Positions 21,297 to 30,779 of a stretch of DNA of 33,292 nt are shown here, one piece after another (position 1 is the first letter of the stretch; every line of letters begins with the position of its first letter). Location of the stretch: assembly GCA_003614675.1 (NCBI GenBank), contig ML002409.1, forward strand, positions 1 through 33,292. The letters run 5' to 3'. Under the pieces are notes generated by a model. That model worked only from the letters and a program-made list of their open reading frames with translations. It did no database searches and was not told where the DNA came from. The stretch is from Dimargaris cristalligena. Its lineage: Eukaryota. Position numbers and translations under genes: made by a program.

Positions 21297-22602
21297 CACA
21301 GTCTGACCCAAAAGTTTTGTCCCTGGGGCTGTAAAATCAGTTTCACATACACCATCTATTAATATGAAACATTTTTAAATAGGTAAATAAAAACTCTATT
21401 ATGTGGGAAAATTTGAAAGCTCTAGCATTTTTAGTTTTTTTACTATAATTTTTCTCCTAAGTTAACTTTTCTTCCCTTATTATATATTCAAGATTCAAAG
21501 TTCAATTGAATATTAGGCTCTGTTATAAGCTTAGAAAAAGTACCAACGAGGCCCTGGAGATAATCCAAAATATCCATGGGAATGGTGCTGTGACTCTTAG
21601 GACTATTTTCCATTGGTTTGCAAGCTTTAAAGAAGGTTGGGAAGAGATTGAGGATAACTCCCTTTCAGGATACCCAAAGGAAGGGTGTAGCAAGCAATAC
21701 ATCTAAATAGTCACTGATATCCTGAAAACCAACTGGTGGATAACCACCCAATTGCTCGAGGATATTACTGGAATACCTAGGTCTACTATTAATAGGATTC
21801 TGGTCAAGGATTTACGTCTGAAAAAGATCTGCACCCAGTTTGTCCCCCACCAGCCAACTAATGACTAAATAATGTCCCAAGTGAACTACAGCTTAGATAT
21901 ACAGAAAATGGGTAAAAATAACTGAAACTTTACCAGAAGTATTGTTGCTAGTAATGGGACTCGGTGCTTCTAATATGAGCCATTAATGAAATATGACAGC
22001 TCTGAGTGGGTAGGTACTGAAGATCCAAGATTAAAGAAGTTGCACCTTCAGCTGAGCTAAACCAAGACTTTGTTTACTGTTTTATTTAACTCCAAGGGGA
22101 CCACCCACTAGGAATTCACTCCCCAAGGTCAAACAGTCACTGGTCATTACTACCTGGGAGTCTTAACATGCCTACTGGCAAGGGTCAACCATGTAAGGCT
22201 AGAGTACAAGTAAGGATCCTGGAGTCTCCTCCATAATAATGTACCTATACACAAGTATAAAATTATCTGGGCATATTTGGCTAAAAGAGGTATAGTAGTA
22301 CTTGACCACCCACTGCATTCACCTGATCTAGCCCCAGCTGCCTTCTGGCTATTCCCAAAACTTAGGCTGGCTATGAAAGGGGAGTATTATAGCTCTATAT
22401 AGGACATCCAAGACACTATGACTGACATCCCAAAGGGCATCTTGAAGGATGGGTTTCCAAGCTGCTTCCACTCATTGTTTAGGTGATTCCAGAAGTGTGC
22501 TAATGAAAAAGGATTTTATTTTGAATTAACACAAAAAATGTAAAAATCTTAAACCGTTTTCATTTTAGAGCACTAGTGATATAACTTATGGGTCAGACGG
22601 TG
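21297..22602 (+). mobile_element. Full-length (~1.3 kb) mariner DNA transposon (Tc1/mariner, DD34D), inactive
   Basis: Imperfect ~42 bp TIRs: left cacagtctgacccaaaagttttgtccctggggctgtaaaat; right (revcomp) caccgtctgacccataagttatatcactagtgctctaaaat. TA at 22603-22604 and TG (probably mutated TA) at 21295-21296. Internal transposase remnant. Confidence 0.93.
21491..22543 (+). pseudogene. Mariner transposase pseudogene: single frame, 9 premature stops, catalytic Asp residues lost
   Basis: In-frame translation gives TIFHWF..FKEG, FVPHQP (WVPHEL-like), SNGTRCF*YEP (GDETWxxxYDP), GQTV..YYLGVL, WSLLHNNVP.H (HDNA), HSPDLAPAAFWLFPKL (YSPDLAPxD) and GFYFE. There are 34 residues between the second and third catalytic positions. 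The start is approximate. Confidence 0.93.
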
Positions 22603-23449
22603 TAAGCTAAGGAACTTATATACCAAAACTTGGCTAAAATACTTATATGCTCGGACAACACTGTGGAGTTGTCCTAAAAGGAATGCTTAAGAGATCTGCC
22701 AGTGTCTGGAAAACGCTGATGGAAACATAGCAGTCTTTGGATGAATACCTGGGTGTGAAGGATGTGGGATACACCACACGTAACCGGGGGATAAACTAGT
22801 AGGGCATCGTGGCAAGGGATGTTGCTACGGGAAGGCACTTTTGCCTAGTAAGATCTAATGTAGGCGAGTTGCGCGGAAGGGTCTCAATCCTATTAGGGTG
22901 GATTAGCCAGCGCGACACCTAATATAAGAAACTTTGTTTTGCTTTATGACTGGGTTGATAATGTCCCGTGCATGTACATTTTCGACTCAAGGCACTCCGG
23001 GTTTCGCCTATTGATGGCTTTATTGAATCTGTGATCAGCGAGTTGATATTGTAGATGTCCAGTACTATACGATTAAAATCGGAACCCATTTTAGATTAGG
23101 TTTGATACCTGGTTACATTCATTCTGACACCGTTTCCCGGTCTATATAAAACGGTATAATGGTAAGATATGATTTGGGGTCGCCTGTGGTTGCCCACCTA
23201 TTTTACCAAACGGCAATCAGTATCGCTATACATAACTAGCCGAGTGGTTTTTAATATCACCCACACACGCCTCCCTTTCTTCGGAACAACTCGGTGACTT
23301 ATAGTATTGACTAAAATGGAGGAGTCAAGTAGATAATGCGGGCCACCCCGATCTACTAACATCCCTGGATATTGTTTAGAAATGAATTTATAAAATATTT
23401 TGGGGAAAACTTTGTTTAATTAGGCCAGGGGGTCCAAAACCCATTTTGG

Positions 23450-26374
23450 TTACAAATACTTTTGGTTTACCCCAAATGCAAGACCTACTAACAGGGGGAC
23501 CACCAGTGCCATATGGGCCGTCCAGGCAATCTGGTAGAGATATTTAGGAGAGAATACAGACCAAATAAAAAGGTGACGACGCTGTATGAACACCACTAAA
23601 GACAATAGTGCGAGGACTGCACTATGAAACAGTTGGTAACATTGGATGATGTTCCAGGGCGTTGCATCGAGTGTTTGCTCAGCTTTAACAGATACTGGCA
23701 AGGGGTGGCGATGGACAAGGTCCGCAGGAACGGTTGGGGTCGGTGCATTGCGGCGGATGGCGGAACCTTCGGCTAGGCTCACGGCCACAATGGCACCGTA
23801 CAACGACCAGAAGAGGGGACCAGCCCAATTGGATACAAACGTCAATAGGCCTACCCAAATAACCTGGTAGGCCGCTACACCCGTGTAGGCGAAACCTAAA
23901 TCTACGGTAGCCAGGGAATTTGAATACCCAAAACAATAAAATGAAGTCACGGTAGCGACCAGGTGAAGTACCACTGGGGAAAGGTGCGGGATAGGCGAAC
24001 AGGTGCCACTAGAAGACAGCGGCATCCGATTACTAGACGGGCCGAAAGGGGAGCGTCCCATATAGCGGACGAACGCATGATTAAGACGGGCCAGGGTATG
24101 AAATATTAAAAAGAGGGCAGCGTTATGGTTGCGGTTAAGTAGAATAAATACAATTGAGGACGCATTAAGTAATCCCCACAGTGGTCCGGATGGGTCAACA
24201 TTGGAATTGGCTGTCGACGTGGCTGATGACAGCCCTGGCACAGTTAGGCACCCTAACACCACCGCCGAGATAATCCATATACAGTAGATGACCCGCGGGG
24301 CAGTTTGGATCGGATCAAAAAGGGCAACCCTGGACAAGACCTGCCATGGTAGCCCGCCGAATAAATAGGTATGTTCGGGACCGGCGAGGGACACCTTATG
24401 GATTATTACTAGAGCAGCCATATACAGCGTCCCTCCGCCCAAGCCTGATTTAATCCAACGACTACAGGGCAGCCGGGCAACCGTGTTCCACTGGAGTCCC
24501 GTAATGGCCAACAGTGCTATTACCAAAAGGCCCCATGATAAGGCAGTCCCATCGGGCTGAAGAAGAAGCGTCCGAAAATCCACCATATCCCGCAGTTGCA
24601 TACCGGCGTTATTCCACTGTTGGGCTATGCGCCACAGTACCATTTGGAAGATAACGTTCAGGGCCAGTTTACCCACAGGGACAGGTGGTTTTTGGGAGAC
24701 GCCGGCCCGGCGAACGAGTAAGAAGACCTGGAAACCCAACAGGGTGCTAGTCCACCAATACCAATAATACTGCTCGTCTTCGATAAAACTGGTGCCAAAG
24801 AGGGTTATCACATAGGTTACGATCATGGCGAGGACCAGACCACGGGGTAACCAGAGGGCGGAGTTAGACGGATTTGTAAATAGACCCCCCTGAATCCCGT
24901 ACAGTGCTAAGGCAAGGATTGCAGCTGCAAACTGGAGGCCAAGTCCCACCAGCATACTCGGTATATGATAATTACTGAACGAATGGGACAGAGACTCGCT
25001 GGTATAATCCACCAATGTTCGGTAGTGATGATGGGCCTTCATAATGTAGGCCGGATCGGGGACTAGTGAACCGTCTGAGGAAGTTGGTAAGTCGGCCTGG
25101 TCAGCGAAGTGCCGGGCCATGCTATAATGGCACTGGACCTTGGTAAACGAAATCTCACCCACCTCAATGATATGCGCACAATCGGGATCAAGAGTAACCC
25201 AATGCTCGTCCCTGGTCTGGAAATCCGGATACATGAGTTGAACCAAATCGATCATTTGGTCTGCCTGCTGGCGGAGAGCCAGAAGCTGGTCGGCTAAACT
25301 CAAGCGGTGGAGAAACTGTGGAATTATACGGCCCAAACTGTTGCGTGGGATCGGGACGCCCAAAGCGATACTTAGGGTAGGGACCAAATCGATTTGCCGA
25401 ATCACCCCTTGGATAGGCAATATGTCCGTCTGGTCGTAATGGGTTAGGGCATTGGCTGACAAGTCTAATGGCTCATTTGAAAGGGGCTGGTCATGAAAGG
25501 CGGAGCTGAGGAACACCATCCCAGGGGAAGTTTCCCTGACCGAATTGCCCCCGTGATTACCTGCATCACTCATTCCGTGGTCGCCTAAAACCACCAGTAG
25601 ACTGGGTTTGGCCGTGGGATTGCGCGCCAGTTGGGCCCGGTCCTGCACTAGGAGGCGGTCGTAAATGGTCTGAACTACCTGATCCATCTCCCGCTGCTTG
25701 GGGGCCATCATTGGACTATTCGGGCCTTCTAAATGACCAATATGGTCCAGGCCCAGGTAGTGAAGGATGAGCACATCCCAGTCCGCTTGCTCCATTTCGC
25801 GGTGGATATGGCGGGTGACATTGTGATCCACCTCCGTAGTATCCGAAACAAAAAACGAAGTAGTCCCTTCGTGGCGGGAAAAGGTTTGGGGGAACAGGCG
25901 GAGCCACGTATCATCGCCATAGAACACCAGCGACTTTTGCCCTGCGTGTTTTAGCTGATGCAACAAATTGTCTTGGTTCACTAGGGTAGCTGACGCGTCG
26001 TTTTCCGCAATATTGAGCACCGCGTCAAGGAAATTAGGGGTCGACCCAGTGGTGAGGGCCTTTAGGCAGGGCATGGTAACGGTAGGCGGGCTAGCCCGAG
26101 CCACGTAAGCCAGGGCCTGTCCAGAGCGTATCAGGTTCTGGGTGAAGGGCATATGGGACCGCTGGGGAGCTAGGACGAAATCGTACCGGAGGGCATCGAC
26201 GACCATCACAACTAGGCGGCCGAATGAGGCAGCGGGGGCGGGAGGGGCATCCGGACGAAATTGCGCAAAGCCCGGTAGAATCTGTTTGTACGGAAAGAAG
26301 CCCTTGGCGAACCAGTAGAGCCCGGCCAACTCTAGGGCCAGACAAAGGACGAAATAGACTAGGGGGCGGGCCAT
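23450..26374 (-). CDS. GPI7: GPI ethanolamine phosphate transferase 2 (Gpi7/PIG-G), 974 aa, intronless
   Basis: FAKGFFPYK, VVDALRYDF, PPTVTMPxLKALTTG, FYGDDTWLRLFP, SFFVSDTTEVDHNVTRH, ILHYLGLDHIGH, GDHGM, NSLATVDL and RRHLFIWSVFSPKYLY; multi-TM C-terminal half. Confidence 0.93.
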   Translation of the reverse strand: MARPLVYFVLCLALELAGLYWFAKGFFPYKQILPGFAQFRPDAPPAPAASFGRLVVMVVDALRYDFVLAPQRSHMPFTQNLIRSGQALAYVARASPPTVTMPCLKALTTGSTPNFLDAVLNIAENDASATLVNQDNLLHQLKHAGQKSLVFYGDDTWLRLFPQTFSRHEGTTSFFVSDTTEVDHNVTRHIHREMEQADWDVLILHYLGLDHIGHLEGPNSPMMAPKQREMDQVVQTIYDRLLVQDRAQLARNPTAKPSLLVVLGDHGMSDAGNHGGNSVRETSPGMVFLSSAFHDQPLSNEPLDLSANALTHYDQTDILPIQGVIRQIDLVPTLSIALGVPIPRNSLGRIIPQFLHRLSLADQLLALRQQADQMIDLVQLMYPDFQTRDEHWVTLDPDCAHIIEVGEISFTKVQCHYSMARHFADQADLPTSSDGSLVPDPAYIMKAHHHYRTLVDYTSESLSHSFSNYHIPSMLVGLGLQFAAAILALALYGIQGGLFTNPSNSALWLPRGLVLAMIVTYVITLFGTSFIEDEQYYWYWWTSTLLGFQVFLLVRRAGVSQKPPVPVGKLALNVIFQMVLWRIAQQWNNAGMQLRDMVDFRTLLLQPDGTALSWGLLVIALLAITGLQWNTVARLPCSRWIKSGLGGGTLYMAALVIIHKVSLAGPEHTYLFGGLPWQVLSRVALFDPIQTAPRVIYCIWIISAVVLGCLTVPGLSSATSTANSNVDPSGPLWGLLNASSIVFILLNRNHNAALFLIFHTLARLNHAFVRYMGRSPFGPSSNRMPLSSSGTCSPIPHLSPVVLHLVATVTSFYCFGYSNSLATVDLGFAYTGVAAYQVIWVGLLTFVSNWAGPLFWSLYGAIVAVSLAEGSAIRRNAPTPTVPADLVHRHPLPVSVKAEQTLDATPWNIIQCYQLFHSAVLALLSLVVFIQRRHLFIWSVFSPKYLYQIAWTAHMALVVPLLVGLAFGVNQKYL

Positions 26375-26548
26375 GTGTAAAGAAGAGCATAGGGAGTGGC
26401 GAACATCGAAGGGGCTCGCCGGTGAGAGTTAGGTAAATGAACGGAATGAACTATAGGAATCCCCATTGGAGCATCTCTTTAAAGTAAATGGAGTTACGTG
26501 TAGTATGGCCAACTTTAGGCCAAACTTCAATGGATGGCTGTTATTGAA

Positions 26549-26565
26549 CCCCCCCCCCCCCCCCC
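26549..26565. repeat. C17 homopolymer (G17 on the GPI7 sense strand) ~175 nt upstream of GPI7
   Basis: 17 consecutive C, flanked by TTGAA and TTCAA. Confidence 0.9.
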
Positions 26566-27080
26566 TTCAACGTGCCAGTAGTACCAGTGTCGGATAAAGT
26601 GCGTGTGGAGGAAGCGTGTTTTAAGAACATTTCACGCCCGAAGAGCCCATCTTTCAAAAATAAATCACAGGGGATATTAAATTATACAATCATTTCTATT
26701 ATATGCTACAGTTTCGAGCATTCACCGTTAAGAGGCCCATAAATGGCAGTGGAAATTAGCAAGATAATGGAACATTAGAATTCGATGGCATATTGTATTC
26801 CACTCAGAGTTATTTGTGTTTGATTATCACAACTCACTGGGGTATCAAGGCGAAATTTCCTGATCCTTGCCTGTCAAAAGTAAAGGCCAATTACATCGAA
26901 AGGTCGGGGCCAGTTTGAATTCCATAATAGGCGGATATGGGCTGTCTGTTCTATCCAGGACAGGACAATGCCTTTAATTACATAACCTATAGCCAACATA
27001 TTCAAAATGGCTAATAATCAATACATACTAGAAAAGTAATAGAATGATTCCCAACACAGCTATGGGGGATATCAACCGGA

Positions 27081-30043
27081 TTAGCGGTGCTGCTTACGAT
27101 GTAAGAAATCGTGCAGCCGTTGACCAGGTAAATTGCCAATCAGGGTCTTCAACCTCGCCAGAGACAGGTCGCACAACTCCGCAATATTCTTCACTTCGTT
27201 AATAATGAGGTGATGATTGGCCGATGTAACCCCAGGCATACTACGCAGCATATCCTGGGGAGTCATATTATGGACCGCATTAATCTCGGTTTCTGAATGG
27301 GAGCCAAGGCGCATAGCCAGGTTCATGTCGGGCTCCTCCTGGTTCCCTTTTAAATCCTGGAACATTTCAGCCGTGGCGCGTGGACTCGATGACCACAGCA
27401 ACTGGAGTGTAGGAAAAGCCAGGGTCAGCATCACCAATTTCGACGAGATGTCACTCAGCACGATATCAGACTTGAGATCCCCAAGTGCCTGGAGCGAAAA
27501 GGAACCACCCTCTTCGAATTCAATGAGAAGAACGGGGGTGGTGTAATACTGCGCCATGCTTTCCGCCTGACTGTAAAGGCGGCCTGAGCTGAATGAACTG
27601 ATCAGATCGGGTATACTCTTCCGTTCAACACACACCGTGGGGCTGAGCACATAATCGCCCACAATTAAGGTGCAAGGCTTTAGCGTAAAACCCTCCAAGT
27701 GCAGAACGGACGGCAGGGCACTGCGGAATTCACGCACGTCCACCACAATCTGCGGTCGGGCGGTCCCAAAGGTAAGCCTACCTCCCCCCGCAATGCGGGT
27801 GTTCAAGTTCTTGAGGAGGGTCAGCTCGTGTTGGTAGTCTAGCGGATCCTGGCTGGCGTAGGCATCCAGGGGAATAACCATGACGGATCGTTCGTGTATT
27901 AATTTTTCAAATGCGTCCTTCTCCCGGCGCACGTTGGTGAGGTATAGTTGCTCCTCGACGGAATTCTCGTAGACCATGAAGTAAACCCGCAATGGAATTT
28001 GGGGGTGGGTGACTTTGAATAGCTGTTTGGGGTTGGGTGTTATTAAGGGGGTAAATCAGCGGAAATATACATAAGCGACCATTAAAATCCCGGGAATGAG
28101 AACACATACTGATGAAGGTCAAAGCGGCGTAAATTGAACGATAGAGCTCAAATAGAAAAAAAAGCTATATTAGTCAAGTCAGCCTCACATACCTCAATTT
28201 GCCGGACAAACATGGGGCTAGGATCGTACATAATGATGTAGTGCGGCTTGAGATCATTAAGCATGGCCATATCGGCCTCTCCCTGGTAAGTCCGGAATAA
28301 AACCATTTCCTGGGGATCTAATACACCAAAACATTCCATAAAATCGGCCTCATCCAAATCCGCGAGTGATTCGGGGGGAATGGTGGCTCGCTCTTGGTCA
28401 CGGCTAGTGGCAGCACTGCCCGGTTCGGTGGCTTCGGATGGACGGCTGGTGAAGAAATTCTCAAGGGCCGTCTCCGTATCGGGCAAGACCGGGGCGGCGG
28501 AGGACCTGGCTGAACCGCCGGCCCGGTAGGATTGACCTCCAGCTGCCCCTCCCCGAACCCGCCTCCGCTTATTGCCCGGTTGGGCCGCCCGAGTGGGGGA
28601 AGGGGGTTTAGATGGGGCAGCAGCGGAGGGAGGTATGGCGACGGATGTTATGCTGTTGACCCGATATTTCCAACGGAAATAGTGCCTGAGCAAGTCTGTT
28701 AGGAAAGCTGGTCGCGTAGGGTGGTCTTCGGAATCCGGCTGTATTTCCACTCTGTTATGGAGGGTCCCCAAGTATTGCTGGAGTTGCTGGCCGGTGCGTT
28801 GAGTGCTGACCATAACTAGAATGGACCCGGGCGGTGAATCGCTGCCATTGTCATCGGCGGATTCGGATCGGGCCTGGCGAAAGGCGTAAACCTCATCCAG
28901 CGTATCCCGCAAGAGGGCCCACTTGGGCTGCTCCTCTAGAACCGGCTGAATATTAGGTGGCAGCCCAATGTCAGCCAAGCTCTGCTGTAGCGCGGGTGGT
29001 AGATTAAATTCCCGTCGGTATACACGATCCCGGGCGAACCGGAACAGTAGGTCACCCGCATCCGTCATAATCCAGGGCGACTGGATACCCCCGCTACGGC
29101 CGGCCGCATTGTTGGCGGCTAGCAGGGTTTCGAGGTACTCGTAGAAGGTGACACAGTCATAGCTAGCCAAGAATCCAATGAGGCGCCGCAGTTGGGAGAT
29201 GTCCGCAACCAGCCGCTTGGTGCGCGCACTGATGCGGTGCCACAGGGGGTCCAGTTGCCGCCGGAGGACACCGTCGAAAGACTTTACCAGCGAGTTTTCG
29301 AGGTTTATTTCATCCAGATCGACTAATTTATGAAACCGCCGGAGCTCCGCCACACACGCCCGCATGCAGTCCATCACGGCCAGCTGGATTTCCTGCATGG
29401 ACGGAGCGAGGGGTTGCCGCAATTCCACCACTGCCCCCGTGGTCTGGGGCCCATCCAAGTCCGCTCCAACAGCGACGTGGAAGCGCGGCCATAGGAAAGC
29501 CCGCCGCAGTTTCAGGGCCTTCAGCGCCCGTTCGAGGGGCGAAAAGCCCTGGGCAAAGGCCTCGGGGGAGTCCGAGAAAGCCTTGATGAAGGCCCGCTGG
29601 TTGCGTTCGCGCAAAAGACGTAAAATAAAGGCTTCGGACGAGGAAGCGGCCGCGGCTTGGGTGGCCACTTGGTGGGCGTGGTTCACCACCACTCCGGTTA
29701 CCAACTCCGTGGGTAACCGACCGGCCAGCATGTCGACCACCAGAATCCGCGAGGTGATGGAAAAGAGGCCCCCGCGGTGGTACAGCTGAACCCGTTCCTG
29801 ACTACCGATGTCATTCTTCAGAATGCGAAACTGGTCCCGCGTAACGCCTTGGCGGGCTAGGGCGTCCCGTAGTCGGGCCTCTTCGTCCGGTGGAGTGTTT
29901 AATAGAAGGACTAGGTTACGAGTATCCGCATGGGCTAGTAGGAACTGCTGGAGAATGGCGGTCAGGCCCAACCCTTTGCCGAGAATGAGCAGTCCATCCT
30001 CGTCCTTGAGCTCCGTCAGAATTTGTCTTTGGAATTCAAGCAT
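27081..30043 (-). CDS. RAD1: DNA repair endonuclease XPF/ERCC4 (Rad1/Rad16/MEI-9), join(30043..28193, 28022..27081), ~930 aa
   Basis: N-terminal MLEFQ..DGLLILGKGLGL, ITSRILVVDML, FIKAFSDSPE, LWPRFH and VLEEQPKW. Nuclease domain VDVREFRS, GDYVLSP..CVERKS..DL..S..SGRLY.Q, plus C-terminal HhH. A phase-0 intron joins FVRQIE|LFKVTHPQIPLRVYFMVY. Confidence 0.95.
28023..28192 (-). other. Spliceosomal intron (170 nt) of RAD1/XPF
   Basis: Donor GAG|GTATGT at 28192 and acceptor AAACAG at 28023; splicing keeps the frame across a conserved XPF segment. Confidence 0.88.
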
Positions 30044-30779
30044 CGTGGTTAGGAGGCAATGGTCACAATTCGGTTCAGCCCAAATGATATATAAAGATAA
30101 AGATAAAAACAACAAGGCCCATTGACCTATACTGACGAATGCAAGCTGTAGAATTCCTTCTACAAACTCGTTATGTTTTAACTGAAGGGAAATACTTTTC
30201 CCGCATAAATACCGCTCTCCCCGAAGTAGAATGTAAGTATTTTAGTGAGAAAATATGGCTCTTATCTTTCTTCTCCTTTTATTCATTCCTACCGACCGAC
30301 CTCATTTAGTTTTTATTTTTTTTCCAGTCAAAATTGTCTCTCTGCCGTGTTCTTTATACAAGGATATGGTGCCTTTTCGGTACATGTTGACCGCTTACTT
30401 GTCCATTGGGCGATATATGTAACATCAAGGAATATCAAAACATAGACGGCATCTATTAACGATAATAGTGCCCTAAGATCGTTAGATCAGGGATAATTGG
30501 CTTAATCTGGATTGTGTAGAGGTGGGGCCAGTGCAGTACGAAGCGTGAATGACAAATCGTGTACTAGAGAATACTGTACCAACGGCTAGAAGAAAGAGTT
30601 TCGGACAATGGACTTGGTCTCAGTATCTATATCAACCAAATTATCCCGGCCATACAAGATGTTTGGCCCGCAACAGTGGTGCATTTCGTGGTATGGCTCA
30701 ACATTGAAGCACTTAACCAGCCTATCCACCAATACACTATAGAGTACTACCAGTACAGTTAGATTAACTATGGTACATA

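Noticed and set aside
28148-30115. ORF-track limits for RAD1 (start 30115, stop 28148)
   Set aside because: XPF homology starts at ATG 30043 (MLEFQ), and the ORF end runs into the intron beginning at 28192.
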